DNA of 62,964 nucleotides, counting the filler, from Octopus bimaculoides (lineage: Eukaryota): NCBI RefSeq assembly GCF_001194135.2. It is 5 parts of 5 records of this genome, joined end to end, with 100 filler letters (N's around TTAATTAATTAA, not from the genome) between each part and the next. Parts side by side here need not be neighbours in the genome. Positions count along the whole stretch, not along the records: positions 33,131 to 59,931 come from NC_069000.1; positions 60,032 to 61,515 come from NC_068981.1; positions 61,616 to 62,964 come from NW_026361176.1; 2 more parts are not named here. One strand, written 5' to 3'. The position numbers and the translations under genes are program-made. The notes below the pieces were generated by a model, which ran no database searches, was not told where the DNA came from, and saw nothing but the letters and a program-made list of their open reading frames with translations. Shown one piece after another: positions 49,528 to 62,964 of the stretch (position 1 is the stretch's first letter; the number at the start of each line of letters is the position of its first letter).

Positions 49528-49799
49528 TGCTTTTTAAATAGATTTAACCTTGGGAGAATATTCTAGATCCCTTCTTAAGCCCCGAATTCAGTAAACCGAC
49601 AACATTTTTTTTGTGATTAAAAAGTATAGTTTTCATCCATTTATCCATACCAATGCTTTAAAATTTAATTTTAAATACTTAAAGTTACTTTTTTTTTAAA
49701 AATAGGTTACGTAAAAAAGTAAAGTAGTACCTCAATTATTTACCAGCATAAAACTTCGATTCATTTAAAAAGATCATAACCCATTTACATTTTTCACGC

Positions 49800-51790
49800 T
49801 TCCATTCACCTCAGGGATGGCAAAAGGGCAAATTAGTTCAGTTTCCTCTCTACCTTCCCGTCCGTTGAAACAAGAAGAATATTATCATTCGCGGAACAGG
49901 GAAACCAAAGCTTGAAATGAAAATCAAAAGCAACGTGGGAAGCATGGAATGTCATCGTTATTTTGATTCAAAGTATCACGAATAGTATGAACGAATGACG
50001 GGATGTCCCATTTTGAACAAATTTTTCTGCTTCCCATGTCTTTTATTTTGTCAGCATAAGAACACACTTCCTGGGCTTTCAAGCGATTTTGAAAGATGAA
50101 CATTACTTGAAAGTGAATATTACTTCAAAAAGAAATCATTCAATTATTTAGAAGGTGTAATTAAACCAATAACTGAAAAAAACATTTTGTTGCTGTTATA
50201 TTTGATGAGACAACAGACCTTTGAATGAAACCCCAATCGTCTCACGTTTTGCGATTTGATGAAGAGAAGGAAAAGCCTCAAGAAAGATATTTGGGATACG
50301 GCGGTGTCAATAAAGACAGAAAATCTTCATCACTAACAGAACTTGTACATTGTTATGCACATTCACTTAATTTGGTTCTCTCTCAATCAACTTCAAGTAT
50401 TCTTGAATGTCGAATTTTCTTTCAACTTTTAAAAAAGAATTTCGACTTTTTCCTCAAAGTCGACTGTTTGAATTGCCTTACTGGATGAAATTGTTGGAAG
50501 GCGATTTCCAAAGTTACCTGAGATACGCTGGAATTATTCATCTCGACAAACATCCACTTTGTCTTATGTTTCCTAGCGTATTTTCAACCATATTAGAAAA
50601 TCCAGAGGATTGGAGTGCTCCAGAATTTGCACAGGCAAATGGATTCATTGCAATCCAAGGAAATTTTCAGGTTAAATATTTTTATGCTTTTTGTAAACTT
50701 ATTGAGTAGCTCAGAGATTCTGTTTTCGATTCTTCAAAAACATTTTACGTGATATTTCGAGGTGCATTCGTGGGGGCGTGAATTAAAAAAAAACAACAAG
50801 TGGTTGATATGGTTGCAGTAGGTGTAATTGTTGTATTAATCGATTAGGCTGGCTGCAAATATTTCAAACAGAAGCAAAACTCTTGAATATTCAACATCAG
50901 ATTTATTTAAGGCAAGGCGGAACATGAATACATACATAACTTATCAAATTCTCACTGGTCGAGAGACTAGGACATAGGGATCGACTTAACTGCGATTGCT
51001 CTGCCTTTAGTTACCTTCAATATGCGTGACTGCCGAATCTTGTTGAAGTTTTGTCCTTCATTTGCTTGACTAGAGCCGATTTGTGTTCTTTTCGAATGCC
51101 ATGAGAACTCTGGTTGATTTCTAGCGCTAAACTGCTTCACTGGAGAAGAAAGTGTGAATCCAAGGAGATAATATTCTAACTGGTAATCTGATCTCCTACA
51201 AACCGATTGGTGGGGAAAAAGAGTGTTCAATTTAAGATCGCATGCCCTAACTGTAGCTCACTCATGATAGTGAACTGATAATTTAATGAAAAGGGTCCAA
51301 ATCCTAGGGCTCACTACAATATCAAGAACAACAAGTTTGAAGAAATTTACTGTCGAGTTCTGGAGGGTGTCACTGAACCACCAGAGAAGCGTAGTCGACA
51401 TTAAGAACCAGAAACTGTTTTAAGAACTTTGTTTAACAACATTTTGCATGAAGTTATTGTTCACGTTGAGCAAAGATTTAAACACAGTTGTTTTATATCT
51501 TTGAGTTCGAATTTGTTGAATTGTTGAATCCGAAACTTCTTCACGTTTACGATAAAAATTTTCAAAAGAAGCGTTTTCATCTTTGAATGTCTATAAAAAT
51601 ATATTGAATATTCTATAAAAACATATTGAATTTAGATGGATTTAAATGTAAGCTGAAATCAGTTTATGCTACAGATTTTTCAATGCAAGTGTTAAACATC
51701 CAAGAAATCGCAGACATAATATGGAAGTTAGAACTAAATCTAGTTCTGGCCGAAATGACAAAATTTCTCACAGGAAGTAGATGTGGCAGC
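49800..51790 (+). mobile_element. hAT (Tip100/ZMYM1-like) transposase remnant, interrupted at ~50760-51400
   Basis: Translation gives a TTF-zinc-finger-like GCPILNKFFCFPC, then FVAVIFDETTD, VHCYAHSLNLVLSQS, PKLPEIRWNYSSR and LFNNILHEVIVHVEQRF. Confidence 0.75.
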
Positions 51791-52565
51791 GAAGTAACAA
51801 AAAGCAATAAAAAAGCATATAAATGAGATACAGTTCAATAAAGAGGAAATGGTCTGCCATGGCCGACAAGATCCAATCTCTCGTGAAGAGGGGCGAAGAA
51901 CATTGTCTCCTGAGAAAGCCACCCTTTCAGATGCCTTATTGAAAACCAAAACATGATAGATTATTAATAAAACTTTCCACAGCATACTACAGACTTTCAC
52001 ATGTAAATTGCCTACTGGATTGAAGGCATTTCCTTATTCACTTTGACTAAAGATTTCCATATGGAATACACACACATACAGAGTCAACAGATGAGATACA
52101 GAGATTCTCGATATAGAAAACATTTAGTAACGCTCAAATGATTCGAACTTGGACTTCATTCTCTTTATGATAGACCAATTCCGCGGGGTAAAGAATAGTT
52201 ATAAGAGGAATCCAAGTGAGAAGATATGGAGGTAATTATGCGGATAAACAAACTGAATATAACACGTTGGGTTTGATATACAAATTATATGTATACTGTA
52301 ACATATGATGGGTCTCCGTGCCCCAGAAACAGTTATCGGACTTGTAGCACCTTACCGCTTCCCCTTTAATTTTCTCTGTCGTTTGTACTCTGTGTAAGCT
52401 TGACCTATTATGTAAATATTTATAAATTTAAACATGAATATTCATCACCTAAAAATCTTCAGTTTTTGTATTCTTTCCGTTTGTCAGCAATAGCTATGAT
52501 AGATCGTTGACCGAACAACATTCAATTTTTTTTTCTCCGTGTTTTTCTCTTTGTTGTCTCCGTAT

Positions 52566-52602
52566 TCTTTCTGTTGAAGAGCGTAGCTCGAAACGTTAAA
52601 GA
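52566..52602 (+). ncRNA. Variant minimal hammerhead-like motif (CUGUUGA core)
   Basis: TCTTT-CTGTTGA-A-GAGC GTA GCTC-GAAAC GTT-AAAGA. Stem I has 5 bp, stem II 4 bp, and the palindrome AACGTT occupies stem III. Confidence 0.45.
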
Positions 52603-53239
52603 CTTTCCGTATTCCCGAGCGTCATACTAATACATCCTTTTGTTGTTTACACCACCTGTCCTCGTCTGTCGTTGTTTTTTCGTACATTCTCCCATATATA
52701 CAGCCACGCCCGCGCCTACATACATAAAGAAGACAAATGGAGTTTAAAATTTACCACAGCTCTTTCAGTAGAATTTTGTTCATGTGTTCATAGATTACAT
52801 CACAACGTATAATCCGCTATCTTCAAGTAAAATTTTAAAGAAGTATCAAACAGGTGAGATAATACATCGATAGTAACGTTGGGTATTCGTGATTGAAATA
52901 TCATTAGCACACCTAACTCTAATACAGAAACCCTTCTGCATTAGCAGCATATTGTAGCTGGTCTTGTTCACTGTTTACTAAATACTCTGTCAAGTTTCTT
53001 CATTCAGTGTCGATGCACTCCTGTTTACGTTCGCCTTAGAGTTCAAGCCACCATGCATTGTCATCATCTTTCGGGTAGTGCGATCGAGTTAGTCAATCTC
53101 CGTTCGTGTCCATTTCAGAATCAGTGCACTATAGTGAACTGCAGCAACAGTCTATATGTTGATGGCAGTTACAAGGTTCTTTCTATTGAGTTTTGACTTC
53201 AAGAGAAATTTGAGACGCTTCAAATATGCGGAAGTGACC

Positions 53240-54480
53240 TTGTCTTTCATTTCTCTGTGCAAGATATTGTCCAATTTCAGTAACACAAGTTACTTGTACC
53301 TACCATCATCCGGGCCTCTCATTCAATTTCTGTTTGACAATTGTGCCCATGCACTCTGCTCTTTTCTCTCGTTTCAAAGTGAGCGCCTCACACCTTGAGA
53401 TCCAGAATTCCGTTTCTAAATCATTGCTGCACATCTATAGTCTCAACCAGTCTCTCCGTTTCAGTCTCTCTTTTTGCGAACAGTTTTAAATCATCCACGA
53501 AGAGTAGGTGGTTGAGACGAGGTCTATTCTTCCTCAGCTCGTAATGCGCGTCGACTTTGCGTAGGACTGCAGAAAGTGAGATCTAGGACTCTCTTTCGTT
53601 ATGTTGGAAGTAGATTGTTTTTCCCTGCGAAGATGCCTGTTAACACTTTGCAGAAGAGGTTAAGACAAGCATTAGGTCGCTAATTGCCAACTTCATTGGC
53701 TGATCTTTCATCAACAATATTGTCTTTCCCTCTATTATCCATTCCGGAACCGCAACCATTCTGTAGGCAATTGTCTAATTGCAGACCAATTCGTTCTGTA
53801 TTGACCCAAATCACTTGAGCCACTAGCCTTAGATTCTATCTGGCTTTGTAGTTTCGATACCTGTGCAATTACATCTTCCGTTGTTATAGATACATGATCC
53901 TGCCTTGGCGTCTCGGGCCGCTGGAGTTCGGATCCACTCAGCACTGAGGCTGTGTGAAACATCTTGCTCGTAGATGTTATTCCAAAACTAGCGGGTTTAC
54001 TCTGCTTCAGGAGGTATATTGTCCGTGTCTCGACCCATGCTCTTAAAAACAGCCTCGTTATTTATGAATAGTCCGTTTTGATGGAACTGCGATATGCGTT
54101 CAGTGTAACGTTGCACGCTACACTGAACACATATCGCAGTTCCATCAAAAGCACTTTCAATGCATTTGCTTGAATACGTTGTTTTAGGATTTCAATAACA
54201 GTTTTAAACCCTTCCTTTTTTATGTGATATTTCGTTTCAAAATATGTCTTCAAATTTTCCTTAGAATGTTTCCATTGCCCATTAGACCATTCTTCTATGC
54301 GATTCAGGTCTTCACGCAAGGTTTTAATATCACTTTCGATTCTCCACTTTTTGCAGGCTTCTTCTGTCCGCATGAGTTCCTCTTTTTTTTCTACCAGTTC
54401 AACCAAATTTGAAGCGGATTTAATCAAGCCCTTTATTTTCCGATAGATCTTACGTTGGAATATACTTCAGGATTCCATCA
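53240..54480 (-). mobile_element. R4/Dong-like RT fragment (N-terminal region to YADD-equivalent)
   Basis: Translation gives KWRIESDIKTLREDLNRIEEW..KYHIKKEGFKTVIEILKQRI and RPRLNHLLFVDDLKLFAK. Confidence 0.8.
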
Positions 54481-54908
54481 ACATTTTGGGTCACTCGTTT
54501 CACACTGTCACGGTCGAAGCATCACAAATTCACTAGTTCGGTCTCTGTTCTTGTAATGATTATTTTTTCGAGTCTTATCATTAGGTCCTCTGTTCCTCAG
54601 TCATATCCTCTTGTAATAAAGGGTCCGCTGCATTATACTGATACCTTGCCATTCCTCCACGCAAGTCCTTTACCTCTAGGGGAACAAAAGAAAATGTATT
54701 GGATATATATGGAAAATATATATGACATCTGCAGCGCTTTCTTGGTCACTTACGGAAACTAATGAAGATACAGCGCATTATTATTGTTATTACCATCATT
54801 ACTCCCATTATTATCTCTACCATTTTCATTATCACCATTAAAGGAAAACTTCATGTTTACATACGTGGTATTACGCACGTGTTATTTCAATTAATATTTC
54901 CACGTGAA

Positions 54909-55510
54909 GGCGACGAGCTGACAGAAACCTTAGCACGCCGGGCGAAATGCTTATCGGTGCTTCGTCTGCCGTTACGTTCTGAGTTCAAATTCCGCCGAGG
55001 TCGACTTTGCCTTTCATCCTTTCAGGGTCGATAAATTAAGTGCCAGTTACGCACTGGGTTCGATGTAATCGACTTAATCCCTTTGTCTGTCCTTATTTGT
55101 GCCCTCTATGTTTAGCCCCTTGTGAGCAATAAAGAGATAAGAAGCATTAGCACGCCGGGCGAAATGCTTAGCGGTATTTCGTCTGCCGCTACGTTCTTGT
55201 GCCGAGAGTAGAAAAGAATATTTCCATGTGATAATCAAAATTAATGTGTCAAATAAATGTTATACTACCGGATTTTTGTGCATTTAACATTGTTTCTGTC
55301 AGGTTTCTGGTAAATTTCAGCTTGTTAACTGATCAATTTTTCATATTTTGGGGAGCTACGGTTGTAGGTATCCATCTTCATTGAGTTCAAATTCCGCTGA
55401 GGTCGACTTTGCCTTTCATCCTTTCGGGGTCAATAAAATCATTGAGCACTGAGGTCGATGTAATCGACTTACCTCCTTTCCCGAACTTGTTGGCCTTGTT
55501 CCAAAATTTG

Positions 55511-55512
<2 letters not shown>
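54909..55512 (+). mobile_element. Cluster of SINE family B copies (one near full, two partial)
   Basis: TTAGCACGCCGGGCGAAATGCTTA at ~54930 and ~55147; GAGTTCAAATTCCGC(C/T)GAGGTCGACTTTGCCTTTCATCCTTTC at ~54981 and ~55383. Confidence 0.85.
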
Positions 55513-55547
<35 letters not shown>

Positions 55548-55599
55548 TTCTTTTTATTACAGGTTTTGTTGGAACTCCTGGAGCCTTGCATGTGTTGCA

Positions 55600-56304
55600 A
55601 GCTTGCTACCTGCAGCCTAGGGTACCATGCTATCCGTTATTTTCAGCTAATACTTTCCTGATTATTCTGGCCGTGCCAAGGAGGCAAACTTATGCAGTAG
55701 TTCTACTGGGTATTCTATTCCAATTTCCTTTATATTTCTCCTGATGCCTTCTGATACTGTTTCCAAGGACCCAACAATAATTGGTACTATTTTCACCTTC
55801 TTCATTTTCTATAGCAGGGCTATTTTCTACTTAAAAGGGTTGTATCTATCTATTTTTTTGGCCTTCCTTCTTGACTATTCGTGGGTCAAAGGGACATGCA
55901 ACATCATCTATATAGCACATGTGGTTAATCTTGTCGACCACTACTAGGTCTGGTCTGTTATGCTCTAGCACCTGATGTCTGGATTGGGAAATCCCAGAGG
56001 ATTTTGCTAGTCTCAGACTCCGCTATTCTCTGCAGTTTGTGCTCATACCACGTCTTACCTCTCTCTAGCCCCCATTTTTTGCACAGTTTCCAATATAGAA
56101 CTTTCGTTACCTGATCGTGTCGCAACAACTTGTAGTGGTTTGGGGCAAGCCTAGTGCATGTGACAATGGTTTTATGTGGGCAATGGTTTCATCCACTCTA
56201 TTACAGATGCGGCACAGCAGAGACACTTCCTCATTACAAAGGTTGACTCTCCAGTTCGTGGCCAAAGCTTGGTTTTGCGCTGCCAGTATAGTGCTCTCGG
56301 TGTC

Positions 56305-56330
<26 letters not shown>
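55600..56330 (-). mobile_element. R4/Dong-like C-terminal fragment
   Basis: Translation gives RHDQVTKVLYWKLCKKWGL..WYEHKL..SKILWDFPIQT and CLLGTARIIRKVL. Confidence 0.8.
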
Positions 56331-56364
<34 letters not shown>

Positions 56365-56365
56365 C

Positions 56366-56398
<33 letters not shown>

Positions 56399-56419
56399 CT
56401 CGTCGTTATTATTACTCAG

Positions 56420-57660
56420 TAGCCTTATTCTTATCACGTACTTTCTCTGCACTACCGAGTGCAACTCTGTGTGCCTTGAGTATATGCTGTGGTTTGTTGT
56501 GATGCTCTTATTATTACTGTATTGAAAGTGTTTTACGTAGGATGTATGCGGTGCCTACTGGTGCTATTTTCTGTATGTTATATATATTTGTTAGTACTGT
56601 TGTTTTTGTTATGTATTTGTCTGAATACTTTTTTTGATCATACCTAATGCGCCTACTATGATAGGAGTTGTTTCTGTTTTTAGACTCCAGATTCAAGTTA
56701 CCTCTATTTCCAGGTCTTTGTACTTTGAAAGTTTCTCCATTTCTTTTAGAGAAACGTTGTCATGTGTTGATATTGATACATCAATTAGAAAGCATTTTTT
56801 TTTTCTTGATGATCTCTGACAACTATATCTGGTCTATTGGCCTTAATTTCTCTATCTGTGTGTATTGGCATATCCCAGAGTATGGTTGCTTTCTCGTTTT
56901 CTGCAACCTTTTCTGGCGTGTGTTTATACCATTTTTTTTCTGTTGTTATTCCATAGTGTTGGCATAGCTTCCAGTGTATATAGGTCTCAACTCTGTCGTG
57001 TCTGTGAATATATTCTTTCTTAGCCAGGACTGGGCAACCAGAGATAATATGATTTATTGTTTCTTGTCCATCTCCATATATTCTGCAGTTACTTGTTATG
57101 TTTCTTTTCATTATATGTTTTTTGTAATTTCTGGTGGGGAGGCTTTGGTCTTGTGCTGCAATTAAAAATCNNNNNNNNNNNNNNNNNNNNNNNNNNNNNN
57201 NNNNNNNNNNNNNNNNNNNNNNNNNNNNNNNNNNNNNNNNNNNNNNNNNNNNNNNNNNNNNNNNNNNNNNNNNNNNNNNNNNNNNNNNNNNNNNNNNNNN
57301 NNNNNNNNNNNNNNNNNNNNNNNNNNNNNNNNNNNNNNNNNNNNNNNNNNNNNNNNNNNNNNNNNNNNNNNNNNNNNNNNNNNNNNNNNNNNNNNNNNNN
57401 NNNNNNNNNNNNNNNNNNNNNNNNNNNNNNNNNNNNNNNNNNNNNNNNNNNNNNNNNNNNNNNNNNNNNNNNNNNNNNNNNNNNNNNNNNNNNNNNNNNN
57501 NNNNNNNNNNNNNNNNNNNNNNNNNNNNNNNNNNNNNNNNNNNNNNNNNNNNNNNNNNNNNNNNNNNNNNNNNNNNNNNNNNNNNNNNNNNNNNNNNNNN
57601 NNNNNNNNNNNNNNNNNNNNNNNNNNNNNNNNNNNNNNNNNNNNNNNNCTTTCTATACGT

Positions 57661-57741
<81 letters not shown>

Positions 57742-57945
57742 CTTTTCTATGTCAGATTTTGAGTGGTGCATCCTAAGTCCTGTCATTATTTTTCTTGTTT
57801 TCCTGTCCATTTTGATTAGTTCATTTAGTGTCCAGTTAAGGATATTGTAGCTGTAACTTATACCTAGGATGGCTAGAGTGTTAATGCCTATTATCGTATT
57901 TTTCGCACTGAGCTGTTTTCAGCATTAATCTAACTTGTCTATAGT
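56420..57945 (-). mobile_element. R4/Dong-like 3' portion with gap, flanked by TAA/CAA microsatellites
   Basis: Translation gives MDRKTRKIMTGLRMHH, LIAAQDQSLPTRNY, CRIYG..TINHIISGCPVLAKKEYIHRHD and ILWDMPIHTDREIKANRPDIVV. Confidence 0.85.
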
Positions 57946-57949
57946 ATTC

Positions 57950-57996
<47 letters not shown>

Positions 57997-58000
57997 GTAT

Positions 58001-58089
<89 letters not shown>

Positions 58090-58127
58090 TTGTTGTTGTT
58101 GTTATTATTATTATTATTATTATTATT

Positions 58128-58574
58128 GAGTAAGAGAGCAGCGCATGCTATCAAAATGACACTGGGGTAAAATATACGAAGCCCAATATACCCATAATGA
58201 CTACCCGTCTGATAAGGGTACACCAAGCACATGCATCACAACGATATGTGCGCGACATGGTGATTTCATTTCAAGATAAATAGCGCATGACCTTGCAGGT
58301 GGGGCCCAGTGAAATTTTTTTTCAGATTGACTAGCCCATCCCACTCAAAAGGTCCCTGAATAAGGTTTATTTAAGGATGATGAACGAAACACCCATGCTC
58401 TCAGGGTGAATTATCCAAACCCCAAAGAATTCCTTTCAACAAATGGCTATGATGCTCCCCCACTACTTCTGCTTGTGATCAGAGGTGCATATATCGCCAA
58501 CCACCAAGGGACATGCTCAATTGGTTAAGGTCAAACAACTGACAAGCAAATCTGTGATTCATCTTTTATACCAA
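58128..58574. mobile_element. Non-coding ~450-bp interspersed repeat abutting (ATT)n (copy 2)
   Basis: Homologous to 42103-42555. Confidence 0.75.
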
Positions 58575-58629
58575 GACAAAACAGTGTACATGATAACACT
58601 TCAGTTAATACCAGAAGCCACGAATAAGT

Positions 58630-58800
58630 CGTCAAGCTGGCAGAGTCGATAGCGCGTCGGGCGAAATGCTTGGAGGTATTTCGTCTGCCGCTACGTTCTG
58701 AGTCCAAATTCCGCCGAGATCGACTTTGCCTTTCCTCTTTTCGGGGTCAATAAATTAAGTACCAGTTTCATACTGGGTTCGATCTAATCGACTGTCCCCC
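58630..58800 (+). mobile_element. SINE family B copy
   Basis: AGCTGGCAGAG..GGGCGAAATGCTT..TTCCGCCGAGATCGACTTTGCCTTTC..GTACCAGTT, followed by an (ATT)n tail. Confidence 0.8.
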
Positions 58801-58808
58801 CATAATAC

Positions 58809-58839
<31 letters not shown>

Positions 58840-59042
58840 GTTATAATTATTAATGCTTCAACTAACAGTACAAACTACTTTGTTCGAGTTGATTTTATAG
58901 GAAGCTGCTTCACAGCGTTTATGATTTTTATTATTTTCATTCTTATTTTTCCTATTCTTAAGCTTAGGACTTTTACAGTTTATTATATTAGAAACACATT
59001 TTCATACTTTAAACTAGTTATCTAATAGACTTCGAATACTAC

Positions 59043-59464
59043 TGTAGGGAAGTGGTTATACACCATTAGGTGTACACCGCTTCCGTACATTAAATTTCTA
59101 GAAGAAACAACGGAACGCAGATTCTGAACAACATAACAATATTTATTTACAGTGGAATTCAGTTCACGCTTGGAGGGAATTCGGTAGCTCGTCGCCCTCG
59201 GTTACTGAGACGCCTTCTGAATGATTTCCGTGGTTATTTGTGAAGCTCTGGTGCTGACATGTGAGAGAGCTCTGTTGGACGTCTTGGCCCGACGGAGATC
59301 AGTCAACGAAGAGACTGAGAAAAGGCGCCAAAGCTGGGTGTCGAACTCTACGAATGCGCATGAGACTCTTCCTGTATTCCTTCCGGAACTAGTCCCTGCG
59401 CATGCGTGGATAAAACTCCGGACATTGAACGTATAACAGTCGTCTGCTATAAGTTGTCACTACA
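59043..59464 (-). mobile_element. Solo LTR (Gypsy-type), 422 bp
   Basis: TGTAGGGA...TCACTACA gives TG..CA ends with an 8-bp imperfect terminal inverted repeat. The 4-bp TSD CTAC lies at 59039-59042 and 59465-59468. An AATAAA on the minus strand near 59145 suggests the orientation. Confidence 0.8.
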
Positions 59465-59827
59465 CTACTATTTATCACTAACTTCTTGGTTTCTGTTTAA
59501 GCATACATTGTGACGTAGTTAAATATATTCGTCTCATTTAAATATTACTCACATTGTGGTGGTCGACAAGATTCACCATACGGCTATAGAATTCTACCGA
59601 AACAGCTGTCGGAAATTTAAAACCCCATTTGTGTTCTTTTTATATCTACGCCACACATAACAACAATGAATTGGATTTATGGTTTGAATTGAACCTGGTA
59701 CTTACATATCTACAATTTCCTACCAACACTTGTTACCTTCATTGTTGTTTTACCTCACTGTGAACCCTGTTGTTGTACCTAGCCATTTCTGACGCCCTAC
59801 ATGTTGATGTGCCTAGATTCTATTTAA

Positions 59828-59828
59828 C

Positions 59829-59878
<50 letters not shown>

Positions 59879-59879
59879 G

Positions 59880-59915
<36 letters not shown>
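59828..59915. repeat. (CTAA)n tetranucleotide microsatellite
   Basis: Direct reading. Confidence 0.95.
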
Positions 59916-60031
59916 TATATATATATATATANNNNNNNNNNNNNNNNNNNNNNNNNNNNNNNNNNNNNNNNNNNNTTAATTAATTAANNNNNNNNNNNNN
60001 NNNNNNNNNNNNNNNNNNNNNNNNNNNNNNN

Positions 60032-61205
<1,174 letters not shown>

Positions 61206-61224
61206 TATTAGTATTATTATTGTT

Positions 61225-61515
61225 CAGTAGTTTTATTTTTATAACGTGCTTTCACTTCACTACCGAGCGCAGCTCTGTGCGCCTTGGGTATGTGCTGTGG
61301 TTTGCTGTGGTGCTCTTATGTTTACTGTATTGAAAGTGTTTTGCGTAGAATGTGTGCAGTACCCAGTAGTGCAATTTTCTGTATGTTATATATATTTGTA
61401 AGTCCTGGTGTTTTTGTTATGTATTTGTCTGAATATTTTTTTATTATACCTAAGGCACCTACTATGATAGGAATTGTTTCTGTTTTTAGATTCCACATTC
61501 GAGTTATCTCTATTT
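61225..61515 (-). mobile_element. R4/Dong-like 3' end
   Basis: Same 3' UTR as 45962-46330, abutting (ATT)n/(CAT)n. Confidence 0.8.
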
Positions 61516-61619
61516 NNNNNNNNNNNNNNNNNNNNNNNNNNNNNNNNNNNNNNNNNNNNTTAATTAATTAANNNNNNNNNNNNNNNNNNNNNNNNNNNNN
61601 NNNNNNNNNNNNNNNCGGA

Positions 61620-62920
61620 CTGAAAAAGTGTGGTGTGTTAGTCTTGAAGAGAAGCAAAATCAAATTTATGGAAGGGCTAGCGATAACGTCGGGCTGGGGT
61701 GTTATGAAGCAGATAGAAGAGACGGGCTATAAGTACTTGGGGATATTGGAAATAGATAAACTGATGGAGAAAGAAACGGCAGAAAAATTTAGGGTGGAAT
61801 ACTTGCGCAGACTGAGACCGACCCTTTAATTCAAAATTAAACAGATATTGAAGCTATCAACACCTGGGCAGTTTCACTCCTTAGATATGGAGCAGGGGTA
61901 ATCACATGGATAGCAGACGAACTAAACAGCTTAGACAGAAAGACAAGGAAGTTGCTGACTAGATATGAGATACTCCACCCAAAAAGTGACACAGACACAC
62001 TATATGTACCAAGAAAAAGAGGGGGGAAGAGGAATGATTGGATGTGGACACAGGATTAGGGCAGAAGAAAGCAACCACTATTATTGGAAGTAAAAAGGTC
62101 AGGCTTATGTAGGATGGAAGATTGTAAAAATAAAGCACTGTACAAGGACTTGAGAATGAATGAAACTGAAAATAGACGGATAAAGAAAAGAATGCATGGA
62201 CAATTTCATAGGGATGTTGAAGATAAGACAGACAGAGGAAAAAGATGGCTGTGGATGACTAAAAGTGATTTAAAACCGAAAACGGAGGCTCTAATCTGTG
62301 CTGTCCAAGAGCAAGCATTAAGAACGAATTACATCAAACACAGAATAGACAACACAAGTGATAACTGCAGAATTTTATGGACAAAATGGTGTAACCGTAT
62401 GGCATATTACCAGTCAGTGTACGCCACTAACCCAGAGAGAATATAAAAGACGTCATGACAATATAGCAATATGTTCGTTGGACACTTTGCAACAAGTATG
62501 GACTTGATAGAGCAAAAAAACCCGAAGACATCATCGAAAATGATAATGCAAAGATCCTATAAGATTTTATGACTCAGTGCGACCATGAGATCGAGAATAG
62601 GAAACCATACATAGTGTTAATTGAGAAAGAAAGCAAACGATGCTGGATCATAGATACAGCATGCCATGCTGACAACAAGGTATGCGATAAGGCAGAAAGA
62701 AAAGTTGATAGATATGACAGGTTAGCTTGAAAGGTAAAGCAGTTGTCCTCGTTGAAAAGGTAGTAGTAGTACTAATAATTGTCAGAGCCCCGGGAATAGT
62801 GTGTAAAAATCTTGAGAAGTACATGGAACAAATAGGGGCTGTAATAAGGGTGGAGCACTTGCAGAAAACAACATTGGATGGAGCTTTAAAAATAAGAGGT
62901 GTTACCTTAGTTCTCTAGTA
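61620..62920 (+). mobile_element. R4/Dong-like RT-end to endonuclease fragment
   Basis: Translation gives YKYLGILE, AINTWAVSLLRYGAGV, MHGQFHRD..EALICAVQEQALRTNYIK, RHDNIA and NRKPYIVLIEK..WIIDTACH. Confidence 0.85.
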
Positions 62921-62964
62921 GTGAACAGCTGACACCGTAGTACATCTCCAGCGTTAGAAGCTGT

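Noticed and set aside
50960-51370. Possible RTE fragment on the minus strand interrupting the hAT remnant
   Set aside because: Only a weak YLG-like hint; the family could not be assigned.
52300-52345. TGATGGG..CCCCAGAAACAGTTATC
   Set aside because: Too degenerate in core and stems to call.
9374-57850. All long ORFs (200-520 aa) in the supplied track
   Set aside because: They are open only because they cross N gaps and TA/CA/GA microsatellites; no real coding signal, apart from the retroelement residues already listed.

Overview
AT-rich, microsatellite-dense metazoan DNA with many assembly gaps. The SINE/LINE and simple-repeat landscape looks cephalopod (octopus-like); this is inference, not a database result. 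I found no intact host protein-coding gene, rRNA, functional tRNA or CRISPR array. The window is a stack of decayed mobile elements: two Penelope-like elements (RT plus GIY-YIG; 10.2-12.1 kb minus, 33.3-36.1 kb plus), an RTE LINE and several of its 3' tails, about nine R4/Dong-like fragments, Tx1/L1-like fragments, mariner and hAT remnants, three MITEs, two tRNA-derived SINE families, a solo LTR and a Gypsy integrase scrap. The most interesting signal is non-coding: five unrelated type-I hammerhead-ribozyme-like cores (3514-3562, 6727-6774, 36451-36556, 44464-44508, 52566-52602). One sits in an inverted-repeat, retrozyme-like unit inserted into a SINE, one has a ~75-nt branched stem II inside a 360-bp fold-back, and one has a variant CUGUUGA core. 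All were read by eye; each deviates from the canonical fold and none is shown to cleave. Element boundaries are approximate unless TSDs are given.
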